In this document: positions 46,573 to 55,133 of the stretch, piece after piece
How the letters are laid out: the number at the start of each line of letters is the position of its first letter
How positions within the stretch are numbered: position 1 is the stretch's first letter
Assembly (NCBI GenBank): GCA_905235675.1
Contig: CAJONC010000008.1
Span: 10,299-74,298 of the forward strand
Length of the DNA stretch: 64,000 nucleotides
Source: an uncultured Bacteroidales bacterium
Lineage (GTDB): Bacteria > Bacteroidota > Bacteroidia > Bacteroidales > UBA932
Reading direction: 5' to 3'
The notes under the pieces: generated by a model
Told to the model about the DNA's origin: nothing
The model's database searches: none
What the model saw: only the letters and a program-made list of their open reading frames with translations
Translations under genes and position numbers: made by a program

Positions 46573-47499
46573 CTATCTTTCCAGCCTTACATAGATGCTC
46601 AGGGGGAGGGATTTGCCGAAACGGTCGTTCAGCGCAAGCTCTCCGGAACTGAGGCTTGCCGAAGCGTTCAGCCCGAATGCCTCCTTCACCAGTGTTTCCC
46701 CGAGGGCGGCGGAATAGCCGTTGGAATACAGGTTCAGCACAACGAAAGAGTTCTCCGGCCTGAGGATACGCGCCACATTCTGCAGCATCTCGAACAGGCA
46801 TTCGTCCAGCTTCCATTTTTCGCCGTCCGGTCCGTGCCCGTATGCAGGAGGATCGAGTACTATCCCGTCGTAGAGATTTCCCCTGCGCGCCTCGCGCCTG
46901 GCGAACTTCATGGCGTCCTCCACCACCCAGCGTATGCCGTCGAGGCCGCTTGCTTCCATGTTCCCGCGGGCCCAGCTTACCACCTGGCGGACGCTGTCCA
47001 GATGCGTGACGTCGGCCCCTGCGGCCTTTGCGGCGAGGGATGCGGCTCCGGTGTAGGCGAACAGGTTGAGAACTTTGGGGGCGGGCTGTCCCTTGGCCTT
47101 TGCGGCACTTGCGAGCTGTGAGGTCCTGTTGTAGATGAATTCCCAGTTCGGGGCCTGTTCGGGAAAGACGCCGACGTGCTTGAAGGCGGTGAGACCGAGC
47201 CTGAGCCTGAAGTCGAGGCCGTCCTGCAGGCCCGGGTAGGAGATATACCACTGGTCGTCCATCTTTTTCAGGCGTTCCCAGGTGCCGCTGTCCTCCTTCC
47301 CCGCTTTGCCGAATCCGGCTCCGGGCTTGAACCGGACGTGTGCCAGTCGATGCCATTCGGCCTCTCCCATCGTTTTGGCCCAGAGGGCCTTGGGTTCTGG
47401 GCGCGCCATTACCGTCCTGCCGAAGCGTTCCAACTTCTCGCCGTTACCGCTGTCGAGCAGTTCGTAATCTTTCCACTGTGCTGAAGGGAATTCCACCAT
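46573..47499 (-). CDS. class I SAM-dependent methyltransferase (RlmI-like, PF10672-type)
   Basis: 308 aa. YELLDSGNGEKLERFG N-terminus. VLNLFAYTGAASLAAA SAM motif. DPPAYG motif. Confidence 0.8.
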   Translation of the reverse strand: MVEFPSAQWKDYELLDSGNGEKLERFGRTVMARPEPKALWAKTMGEAEWHRLAHVRFKPGAGFGKAGKEDSGTWERLKKMDDQWYISYPGLQDGLDFRLRLGLTAFKHVGVFPEQAPNWEFIYNRTSQLASAAKAKGQPAPKVLNLFAYTGAASLAAKAAGADVTHLDSVRQVVSWARGNMEASGLDGIRWVVEDAMKFARREARRGNLYDGIVLDPPAYGHGPDGEKWKLDECLFEMLQNVARILRPENSFVVLNLYSNGYSAALGETLVKEAFGLNASASLSSGELALNDRFGKSLPLSIYVRLER

Positions 47500-47501
47500 G
47501 C

Positions 47502-48767
47502 TTACTGAAGTTTGCAGAGTTCTTCGTAGCGGGCTATCGTGCTGTCGAAGCGAGCGATCACATCTTCATAGGCATAGTAGCCGTCGCTGTTTCGCTGTAG
47601 TCCTTCCAGCCCTATGCTGAGGGTTACCGGCGCTGTGTCCGCGTTTATGTCTGTAATCTCGCGGAGCTGGGATACCGAGGCATACACCAGGTTGATGTCG
47701 ACGAAAAGCTTTTTCCCCTTGCGGTATTTCCTGAAGACTATTTTGGAACCGATGGGGGATTTGTGCTCCACGGCGCTTACGGTCTCGGGCATTTCGAAGC
47801 CGAGTGCGGAGGAAATGGAGGTGATGTTGGAGTCATGACCGCAGAGGAAGGTGAAGCTGTGTTCCCCTCCGGTGAGTTCGTCGCGTATGTATTTCACGAG
47901 CGGATAGGAAATCAGTGTGGCGGAGGTGGGGACGGAGAAAAGCATCTCGTCGTAAACTGTCTTCACGTTGCCTATTCTGCGGACATCCTGTTCGCTGACC
48001 TGTTTGCCGAATTCGAATCCGGTCTCGTAATACTGCAGTACAAGGGCGTCCGCTATGCTGTTGATATTATTGTAATCGCCGACGAAGTGGGCTTCGTCAT
48101 CAAGATTCGTGGTGATGCTCAATGATTCCATGGGCAGATGTTCCACTCCGTTTTTCTTTGCGAAATCCGAACTGGAGAAATCTATCATTTCTTCCATGAA
48201 ACGAATGTCTTCAACAAGGGCGTTTATCGCCATCCTTATTCCCTTGTAGGGATCTTCGGCTGTCCCCGCAGCCCCTCCCAGCTCGTTCATCTCGGCAATG
48301 ATACGCTCGTGTATGGCGTCGTTCATTACGGTGAACTTGGGGGTGAACACGGGGTCCATCGTGTCTTCTTCAGTCAGGTAATGCAGGGTTAAGCCGGGCT
48401 GGAAGCCGTTGATGAAATGGGTGGCGGTCGCTTTTGTGCGCTGCCTGGAATTGGAATAGAAGAAAGTGCCGGTGTCGTTGAACGGACCGAGGCTTTCCGA
48501 CAGCGTGCTGTAGAAGTATGCACCCATCTTCTCTTCCATACGGCCGCCTCTTTCGGTGAGGTTCGCTGCAGGTACGCCCCATTCCACCCACTCGTGCGGC
48601 GTCACTTCGGCGAGGATGGATCCGCGGGAAGACAGGGGAGAGCGTATGTTGTGGCGGCTGAAAACTACCTCCTGTTCAAGTATATAGGAAGATTCGCGGT
48701 GCTTGCTGCAAGCTATTGTGGCAAAACATGCCGCAAAGATGACAAGATAACGGGTGATTTTTTTCAT
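47502..48767 (-). CDS. histidine-type (acid) phosphatase lipoprotein, Agp/AppA-like
   Basis: Start chosen at MKKITRYLVIFAACFATIACS (lipobox). FSRHNIRSP (RHxxRxP) and LCGHDSNI (HD) motifs. The 67-aa N-terminal extension in the track is rejected. Confidence 0.8.
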   Translation of the reverse strand: MKKITRYLVIFAACFATIACSKHRESSYILEQEVVFSRHNIRSPLSSRGSILAEVTPHEWVEWGVPAANLTERGGRMEEKMGAYFYSTLSESLGPFNDTGTFFYSNSRQRTKATATHFINGFQPGLTLHYLTEEDTMDPVFTPKFTVMNDAIHERIIAEMNELGGAAGTAEDPYKGIRMAINALVEDIRFMEEMIDFSSSDFAKKNGVEHLPMESLSITTNLDDEAHFVGDYNNINSIADALVLQYYETGFEFGKQVSEQDVRRIGNVKTVYDEMLFSVPTSATLISYPLVKYIRDELTGGEHSFTFLCGHDSNITSISSALGFEMPETVSAVEHKSPIGSKIVFRKYRKGKKLFVDINLVYASVSQLREITDINADTAPVTLSIGLEGLQRNSDGYYAYEDVIARFDSTIARYEELCKLQ

Positions 48768-48788
48768 ACGGCAAAGATAAATAAAAAT

Positions 48789-48796
48789 TATATTTG
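48789..48796 (+). promoter_or_regulatory. -7 promoter box (TATATTTG) for the DUF362 gene
   Basis: Exact TAnnTTTG, 5 nt before the ATG at 48802. Confidence 0.3.
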
Positions 48797-48801
48797 CATA
48801 T

Positions 48802-49941
48802 ATGAATACTGCTACATCAAAAGTCTGGTTCACCGATTTCCGTACAAATACCTTCGGTGAAAGCCTGCCGGACAAACTCAAAAGGCTCGCCCGGGCCGCC
48901 GGAATCGGGACTGTTGACATGGACGGCAAATTCGTCGCCATCAAAATGCATTTCGGGGAACTCGGCAATATCAGCTATCTCCGTCCCAACTACGCGGCGG
49001 CGGTTGTGGAACTGGTGAAGGAACTCGGAGGCAAATCTTTCCTTACCGACTGCAACACAATGTATCCCGGTTCCCGCAAAAATGCCCTCGAACATCTGGA
49101 ATGCGCCTGGAAGAACGGTTTCACGCCCCTTTCAGTAGGTTGCCCGATTTTGATTGGCGACGGCCTGAAGGGCACCGACGACATAGCCGTGCCGGTGGAA
49201 GGGGGAGTGCTGGTGAAGGAGGCGCGTATCGGCAGGGCGATAATGGATGCGGACGTATTCATCAGCCTTACGCATTTCAAAGGGCACGAACTTGCCGGAT
49301 TCGGCGGCGCCATAAAGAATATAGGTATGGGCTGCGGCTCGCGTGCCGGCAAGAAGGACCAGCACTCGAACGGAAAGCCCTTCATAGACGAGTCGGCATG
49401 CCGCGGATGCCGGTGCTGCCTGAAGGAATGTGCGAACAAAGGGCTTGAGTTCGATGCGGACAGGCGGAAGATGACGGTGAATCTCGAGAACTGCGTGGGA
49501 TGCGGAAGATGCCTCGGAGCCTGCAATTTCGATGCGATACATTTCCGGAACGATGTGGCCGCGTCGCTGCTTGGGGCCAAGATGGCGGAATATGCCAAGG
49601 CCGTGGTGAGCGGACGCGAAAGTTTCCACATTTCATTGATAGTGGACGTGTCTCCCAACTGCGACTGCCACTCTGAGAACGACGCACCCATACTTCCCGA
49701 CATAGGAATGTTCGCTTCCTTCGACCCCGTCGCACTCGACCAGGCCTGCGTGGATGCCTGCAGGAAGGCGGATCCCCTGCCCAACTCAGTCCTTGGCGAC
49801 AATCTGCACCGGCCCGGCTTCGTCGACCGTCACGATCATTTCAGGAACACTTCTCCTGAATCCGAGTGGGAAACCCAGCTCTCCCACGGCGAAGAGATAG
49901 GCCTCGGCTCCCGCCGGTATGAGCTGGTGGTGATGAAGTAG
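48802..49941 (+). CDS. DUF362-domain protein with a 2x[4Fe-4S] ferredoxin insert
   Basis: VAIKMHFGE...FLTDCNTMYPGSR is DUF362-like. There are two Cys clusters: CRGCRCCLKEC and CVGCGRCLGAC. Confidence 0.8.
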   Translation: MNTATSKVWFTDFRTNTFGESLPDKLKRLARAAGIGTVDMDGKFVAIKMHFGELGNISYLRPNYAAAVVELVKELGGKSFLTDCNTMYPGSRKNALEHLECAWKNGFTPLSVGCPILIGDGLKGTDDIAVPVEGGVLVKEARIGRAIMDADVFISLTHFKGHELAGFGGAIKNIGMGCGSRAGKKDQHSNGKPFIDESACRGCRCCLKECANKGLEFDADRRKMTVNLENCVGCGRCLGACNFDAIHFRNDVAASLLGAKMAEYAKAVVSGRESFHISLIVDVSPNCDCHSENDAPILPDIGMFASFDPVALDQACVDACRKADPLPNSVLGDNLHRPGFVDRHDHFRNTSPESEWETQLSHGEEIGLGSRRYELVVMK

Positions 49942-49944
49942 GCC

Positions 49945-50038
49945 ACAAAAAAGTTCTCCGTTCCGGAAGACCCCCTCCCGCTTCGCGGGTATCCCCCTGG
50001 CCGGGGGTGGCAGGTCTCCGGAACGGAGAACTTTTTGT
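49945..50038. terminator. long bidirectional hairpin terminator between the convergent DUF362 gene and pgk
   Basis: A perfect 20-bp stem (49948-49967 pairs with 50017-50036), plus 4 more bp after a 1-nt bulge. It is flanked by an A5 tract on the left and a T5 tract on the right. The ~40-nt GC-rich interior contains its own small hairpins (cccgcttcgcggg, ccccctggccggggg). Confidence 0.6.
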
Positions 50039-50052
50039 ATTATTTCCGAAAC

Positions 50053-51306
50053 TTAGTCGCGAACGGCTGCGATACCCGGCAGATCCTTGCCTTCGATGGC
50101 CTCGAGCATTGCACCGCCGCCGGTGGAAACATAGCTCACCTTGTCGGCATAACCCATTTTGGTAACGGCTGCAACGCTGTCGCCGCCGCCCACGAGGGTG
50201 TAAGCGCCATTCCCCGTAGCCTCTGCCAGATATTCAGCAATCTGCAAGGTGCCCTTTGCAAAATTCGGAAGTTCGAACACGCCCACAGGGCCATTCCAAA
50301 GTATAGTCTTGGAACCGAGAATGATATCTTTCCATACATCGAGCGAAGCCTTGCCTGCATCCATTCCTTCCCATCCTTCGGGAATCTCGGAAGTGGGGAC
50401 CACCTGGGAATTGGCGTCGTTGCTGAAGTCGTCGGCTACCACTGTCTCAACAGAAAGACTGAGGTTCACTCCGAGTTCCTTTGCCTTGTTCAGGATTTCG
50501 AGAGCCTCGGGGATGAGTTCGTCCTCATGGAGGGAGTTTCCGATATTGCCGCCCTGGGCCTTCACGAAGGTGTATCCCATACCGCCGCCGATGATAAGGT
50601 TGTCAACCTTGGGGAGGAGGTTCTGAAGAACTGCGAGCTTGCTGGACACCTTGCTTCCGCCGATGATTGCGGTGAAGGGATGCTGGGCGTTCTTGAGCAC
50701 GTTGTCTATTGCATTGATTTCACCTTCCATCAGATAGCCGAACATCTTGTCGTTGGGGAAATAATCGGCGATGAGGGCGGTTGAAGCGTGTGCGCGGTGC
50801 GCGGTTCCGAAAGCATCGTTGATATAGCAGTCGGCATAGGAAGCGAGCTTCTTGGTGAACTCCTTCTGGCTGGCCTTTACGGCCTTCTTTGCAGCCGCTT
50901 TCTCTTCGTCTGTGGCATCCTCTGCGAGCCCGCGGGGCTTGCCTTCTTCCTCGGCATAGAAGCGGAGGTTCTCGAGAAGCAGCACTTCGCCGGGCTTGAG
51001 GGCAGCAGCCTGTGCATCAGCCTTCTGGCAGTCGTCGGCAAACTGTACGGGAACGCCGAGGCATTCGCTCACGCGGGCTACTATGTGCTTGAGGCTGAAC
51101 TTGGAATCCACTTTCTTGGGGCGGCCGAGATGGCTCATGATGATGAGGGATCCGCCTCCGGCGAGAACCTTCTTGAGAGTGGGGATGGCCCTGCGGATGC
51201 GGGTATCATCGGTGATCTCGAAATTTTCGTTGAGAGGAACGTTGAAGTCTACGCGGACAATCGCTTTCTTTCCGCTGAAATCATAAGAATCAATGTGCTG
51301 TTGCAT
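50053..51306 (-). CDS. pgk: phosphoglycerate kinase
   Basis: 417 aa. [19 protein letters not shown] and GGGDS motifs. Confidence 0.97.
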   Translation of the reverse strand: MQQHIDSYDFSGKKAIVRVDFNVPLNENFEITDDTRIRRAIPTLKKVLAGGGSLIIMSHLGRPKKVDSKFSLKHIVARVSECLGVPVQFADDCQKADAQAAALKPGEVLLLENLRFYAEEEGKPRGLAEDATDEEKAAAKKAVKASQKEFTKKLASYADCYINDAFGTAHRAHASTALIADYFPNDKMFGYLMEGEINAIDNVLKNAQHPFTAIIGGSKVSSKLAVLQNLLPKVDNLIIGGGMGYTFVKAQGGNIGNSLHEDELIPEALEILNKAKELGVNLSLSVETVVADDFSNDANSQVVPTSEIPEGWEGMDAGKASLDVWKDIILGSKTILWNGPVGVFELPNFAKGTLQIAEYLAEATGNGAYTLVGGGDSVAAVTKMGYADKVSYVSTGGGAMLEAIEGKDLPGIAAVRD

Positions 51307-51339
51307 AATATGATTTGAATGTTAAAAATTTTCCGGCGC

Positions 51340-51347
51340 CAAAGTTA
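51340..51347 (-). promoter_or_regulatory. -7 promoter box (TAACTTTG on the minus strand) for pgk
   Basis: Matches TAnnTTTG, 33 nt upstream of the pgk ATG. Confidence 0.35.
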
Positions 51348-51470
51348 CTAAAAATCTTTAAGATTACTTCATCCCGACACTGTTGCACAATCTTTCGGGA
51401 ATCCCTGCAAAAAAGATTCGGCGACACAATGCTCATGGCGCTTAAGTCGCTGTTTTTCAATGAATTAAAT

Positions 51471-51506
51471 AAACCTCTCCCCCTGAAAAACCAAGGGGAG
51501 AGGTTT
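51471..51506 (-). terminator. hairpin terminator downstream of the OMP gene
   Basis: aaacctctcccc / ggggagaggttt is a perfect 12-bp stem with a 12-nt loop. An A/T-rich tract (tttatttaatt) follows on the minus strand, 75 nt after the OMP stop. Confidence 0.5.
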
Positions 51507-51580
51507 GGTTAAATGCCTGTTCTACAGATAGTTATGTGCCATGGAAACTTGTGCATGGCCCGTGCTGTCCTGAAAAAGGT

Positions 51581-52159
51581 TTACCATCCGGGTATTTGAA
51601 AGCACAGGCCGATACGGATACCCAAAGCAGAGGCCATCATGTTCCGATAGTCATCCTTGGCTGAATCAAAGGCTTTTACGAGATAGGCGTCATATCCGGC
51701 GGATGCCATTATGCCGATATTGGGTGTTATGTGTGTCTTGACTCCTATACCGGCTGCCACAAAAAGGTTCGCCCCGGGTTGACTGCTTTTCGCTCCGATG
51801 GGAAAATATACGCCTGTCCTGAGATTCACGAAGGGAGAAAAGCGCTGATCCAGAAAGAAACAGTGAGTGCTGAAGTACAGCGGGACGGCAGGGAAGCCAT
51901 AACTGCCGAGATAACTGTATCCTGCTCCCACCCCCATGCTGAACTGCTCATTGATAAACCGTTCGTGGAGATAATGGGAAGACAGGATGTCGCTGCCATA
52001 CGCTCCCACCCCTTTCCCGGCAGTGATGTCCACGACATTAAGGCATCCTTCGCCCGGGTCGAACGAGGTTTGCGCCTTCACCATTTGGGGTGACAGCAAC
52101 AAAACCAGCAGTATTGCATATATTCTTGACGGCGTTTTTAGCAAGTGTTTAATTTCCAA
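51581..52159 (-). CDS. small outer-membrane beta-barrel protein
   Basis: 192 aa with a signal peptide, alternating beta-strand pattern and a C-terminal aromatic residue (...FQIPGW). Apparent TTG start. Confidence 0.55.
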   Translation of the reverse strand: MEIKHLLKTPSRIYAILLVLLLSPQMVKAQTSFDPGEGCLNVVDITAGKGVGAYGSDILSSHYLHERFINEQFSMGVGAGYSYLGSYGFPAVPLYFSTHCFFLDQRFSPFVNLRTGVYFPIGAKSSQPGANLFVAAGIGVKTHITPNIGIMASAGYDAYLVKAFDSAKDDYRNMMASALGIRIGLCFQIPGW

Positions 52160-52163
52160 TAAC

Positions 52164-53060
52164 TTACTTCGAACCTGTTGCGCCCGCTTTCTTCCTGTCG
52201 GCCTGAACAGGGGCTCCCGTTTTCTTGCCGGCGGTATGAACCGCTGCGGCGGGAATCTTCTTGCGGTAGGTGTAGATGAGTATGCAGATACCGGCGATGA
52301 TGAAAGGCACGCTAAGCCACTGGCCCATGTCGAGGGTCATGTGATTCTCGAATTCAACCTGAGGCTCCTTGATGAACTCGATTATGAAGCGCATGCCGAA
52401 GCAGCCGACAAGGAACGCACCGAAGAAGAATCCGCGGTAAGTTTTTTCAAGCTTGTAGCGGTAGCGCCACAACAGATACAGGCCGAGAATCAGGTACGAA
52501 AGCGATTCGTAAATCTGCGTAGGATGCTTGGGTTCCGTCTCGCCGCGCAGGTCGAAGATAACTCCCCAGGGGAGTGTGGTTACATCGCCGTAAATCTCTG
52601 AATTGAAAAGGTTTCCAAGCCTGATAAAGGCTCCGGCGAAGGCCACCGTGATGCACAGATGGTCCAATATCCAGATGAAGTCGAAATCGTTCTTCCTCCC
52701 GTATCTGTGGGCGAACCACCACATGCCGAGCAGCAGGGCGATGGCTCCTCCGTGGCTTGCGAGGCCTCCCTTCCAGGGCATGAAAATTTCCCAGAAGCCG
52801 TGCCATGAGCCGAGATAATAATCCGGCTGGTAGAACAGGCAGTGTCCGAGGCGGGCTCCCACTATGGTGCATATCAGCAGGGTATAGAGAAGGGGATCGA
52901 GAAGTTTTTCGCTGATGCCTTCGCGGCGGAAAAACCAGCGGAACAGATACCATCCGAGGATGAAACCCGACACGAAGAGCAGGCCGTACCAGCGTATTTC
53001 AAGCGGCCCGATGTGGAAGAGTACAGGGTCCACGGCCCAATGTATTGCCAATAAATTCAT
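52164..53060 (-). CDS. lgt: prolipoprotein diacylglyceryl transferase
   Basis: IRWYGLLFVSGF, GARLGHC and HPTQIYESL motifs. ATG at 53060 (track TTG at 53069). Confidence 0.9.
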   Translation of the reverse strand: MNLLAIHWAVDPVLFHIGPLEIRWYGLLFVSGFILGWYLFRWFFRREGISEKLLDPLLYTLLICTIVGARLGHCLFYQPDYYLGSWHGFWEIFMPWKGGLASHGGAIALLLGMWWFAHRYGRKNDFDFIWILDHLCITVAFAGAFIRLGNLFNSEIYGDVTTLPWGVIFDLRGETEPKHPTQIYESLSYLILGLYLLWRYRYKLEKTYRGFFFGAFLVGCFGMRFIIEFIKEPQVEFENHMTLDMGQWLSVPFIIAGICILIYTYRKKIPAAAVHTAGKKTGAPVQADRKKAGATGSK

Positions 53061-53078
53061 AGGGTGCAAATATAGCGA

Positions 53079-53831
53079 TTATTTCTCCAGCCATACAAGG
53101 AAATCGTCCACTCTTGCGCGGCTGACCTCTATATTTTCGGGGAGAACTGAGGTGATTGAAAGTTTGCTCCCCGGCAGGCGGTTGACGCTGTGTATGGCGC
53201 TCTTTGCAACTATGGCGCTGCGCGACACCCTGAAGAATGCCGAAGGGTCGAGGCTTTCGGCAAGTTCATCCAGGGAAGGATTCATTATGTATCTGGTGCC
53301 GTCCGTGGTTACGAGATAGGTTCCCTTGTTCTCGGATACGAAGCAGGCGATGGAGTCGGAGGAAACCGGCACTATCCTCTCTCCTACGCGCACCAGGAAG
53401 CGTTCTTTGTAGTTTCCTGAGGAGGGAGCATGCGATTCGAGGGCGGAAACTATCTTCCGTATGTCGAATTCTGCGGAGGAGTTTTCGCAGCGCCGGACTG
53501 CCCGCTGAAGGGCCGGAAGTTCTATGGGCTTGAGCAGATAATCCACCGAATTCACCTCGAAGGCCTTCACCGCATAATTGTCGTAGGCCGTAGTCATTAT
53601 CACCTTGGCCTTTATGTCGGTCTGGCGGAAAATCTCGAAACAGTTGCCGTCGCTCAGTTCCACATCCATGAATATGATGTCGGTCCTGGCCGAGTTGGCC
53701 TGCAGCCATTCAAGCGTGCCCCGCACCGAGTCCGTCTCGCCTATAATGGAAAGCTCGGGGAAATTCTCCGCAAGGATATTTTCAAGCCTGCGGCGGGCCA
53801 TCAGTTCATCTTCGACAAGTAATACGTTCAT
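53079..53831 (-). CDS. LytR/AlgR-family response regulator (REC plus LytTR DNA-binding domain)
   Basis: 250 aa. The REC domain starts MNVLLVEDE and has DIIFMDVEL. The C-terminal LytTR domain has FFRVSRSAIV. Confidence 0.9.
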   Translation of the reverse strand: MNVLLVEDELMARRRLENILAENFPELSIIGETDSVRGTLEWLQANSARTDIIFMDVELSDGNCFEIFRQTDIKAKVIMTTAYDNYAVKAFEVNSVDYLLKPIELPALQRAVRRCENSSAEFDIRKIVSALESHAPSSGNYKERFLVRVGERIVPVSSDSIACFVSENKGTYLVTTDGTRYIMNPSLDELAESLDPSAFFRVSRSAIVAKSAIHSVNRLPGSKLSITSVLPENIEVSRARVDDFLVWLEK

Positions 53832-53833
53832 AA

Positions 53834-54982
53834 TTATAGCAGTGGCAGGCTTACGGAGAATTCGCCGTCGGTCCTGAGTATTTCGGGTTTCTTGCCGCAG
53901 AGGTTGAGGTATACCCTGCGGATGTAGGAAAGCCCGAGCCCGGTCGACGACGAAGGGGTAAGCCGTGGCATTAAGTTGTTGGTTATCGTGACAGTGTCGT
54001 GGTTGGTCGAGATATTTATATGCAGCGGCTCCGCGGCGGAGAAGGCGTTGTGCTTGGTGGCGTTTTCCACCAGCAGCTGCACCGCGCAGGGAACCACATT
54101 GCGCCGGAGGTCGTCATCCTTCACATCCATGCCCACGTCCAGGCCGGAAGGGAAGCGCACACGCATCAGGTCGAGGTACTGGCCGGTGAAGTCCAGCTCG
54201 TCGGAAAGGCTCACGAGGTCTTCGCCTTCGTCGCGCAGCATGTAGCGGTAGATGCCCGCGAGCTTGTGGATGTAGGTGCTGGCCTCCTCCCTCGTGCCGT
54301 CGTATACGAGTGCGTCGAGGACGTTGAGGCTGTTGAAGAGGAAGTGGGGATTGACCTGCTGCTTGAGGTTGATGTATTGGAAGCGGGCCTTGTCCGCCTT
54401 AGCCCTTTCCGCTTCCATGGCCTTCTGGGCGCTGATACTGATGAAGATGATGTCGGCCACGAAGATGAGAAGTGCGATGGCGGTGCCGAGGACGTCGCCG
54501 GTGCTCTCGCGCAGGGACTGTCCGGAGCCGCTGGCCCATATATTGATGATGACGCGGATGATGTAGATGACTCCGACGGCGATAAGTACCCAGGCGGCCT
54601 GGGTGTCGAGGGTGAGCCTGTTCCTGCTCTTTGCCGCCTGCACGGTCTTCAGTTTGGTTGCATAGTACATCCCCCATCCCAGCATTTCGGTGGTGAGGAG
54701 GGTGGAGATGCCGTGCTCGACGACCGCGTTGTTTATGCCGAGCCTGATTAGCGCGGCGAGGCCTATGCCGGCGACATAGCCGATGATGTTCACAAGCACT
54801 ATGCTGAGGGCGGTGAATTCTATGGAGATGCGTTCGCGCAGGCAGATGAGAACGGTAAGCGTCATGGTGAGTAGGGTGAGCAGAAGGGTGTCATCCATAC
54901 CAAAACTGCGGCAAAGCACCGCCGTAACCAGATGCAGCAGGGCAAAGATGTGTATCAGCCAGCTTGTGCTTATCTTCTCCAT
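53834..54982 (-). CDS. LytS-type sensor histidine kinase (His_kinase PF06580-like)
   Basis: Multi-TM N-terminus, then QVNPHFLFNSLN and an HATPase region (LVENATKHN). ATG at 54982 (track TTG at 54991). Confidence 0.85.
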   Translation of the reverse strand: MEKISTSWLIHIFALLHLVTAVLCRSFGMDDTLLLTLLTMTLTVLICLRERISIEFTALSIVLVNIIGYVAGIGLAALIRLGINNAVVEHGISTLLTTEMLGWGMYYATKLKTVQAAKSRNRLTLDTQAAWVLIAVGVIYIIRVIINIWASGSGQSLRESTGDVLGTAIALLIFVADIIFISISAQKAMEAERAKADKARFQYINLKQQVNPHFLFNSLNVLDALVYDGTREEASTYIHKLAGIYRYMLRDEGEDLVSLSDELDFTGQYLDLMRVRFPSGLDVGMDVKDDDLRRNVVPCAVQLLVENATKHNAFSAAEPLHINISTNHDTVTITNNLMPRLTPSSSTGLGLSYIRRVYLNLCGKKPEILRTDGEFSVSLPLL

Positions 54983-55030
54983 AGCCTGCAAGATACGAAA
55001 AATTCCTTTCAGTTCGTCTTTTTATTTCCA

Positions 55031-55060
55031 CCGTTCGTCCTCAGGAACCCGCCGTTCGTC
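55031..55060. promoter_or_regulatory. candidate LytTR-binding site: two 9-bp direct repeats (CCGTTCGTC) with a 12-bp spacer
   Basis: CCGTTCGTC at 55031-55039 and at 55052-55060, with spacer ctcaggaacccg. The first repeat extended by one nt (ACCGTTCGT) fits the published LytTR consensus [TA][AC][CA]GTTN[AG][TG]. The site lies between the divergent kinase gene (ATG 54982) and MFS gene (ATG 55134). It is 33 nt upstream of a TATATTCG near-consensus -7 box (55093-55100). Confidence 0.45.
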
Positions 55061-55133
55061 GCGCGGGCGTATTTTTATAAAAGTAAATAGTCTATATTCG
55101 TCCGGATTTTTAACACTAAAACGCCATTTCTCA

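Noticed and set aside
46475-47356. 293-aa Arg-rich ORF on the minus strand
   Set aside because: It is an off-frame overlap of the SAM-methyltransferase ORF (46573-47499), which carries the real motifs.
48768-48968. 67-aa N-terminal extension of the histidine phosphatase ORF
   Set aside because: The extension runs through the divergent promoter region and into the DUF362 gene's start. The internal MKKITRYLVIFAACFATIACS is a proper lipoprotein signal.
54783-55133. 117-aa N-terminal extension of the MFS transporter ORF
   Set aside because: It is antisense to the histidine kinase gene. The MFS homology starts at MENKRTLSF (55134).
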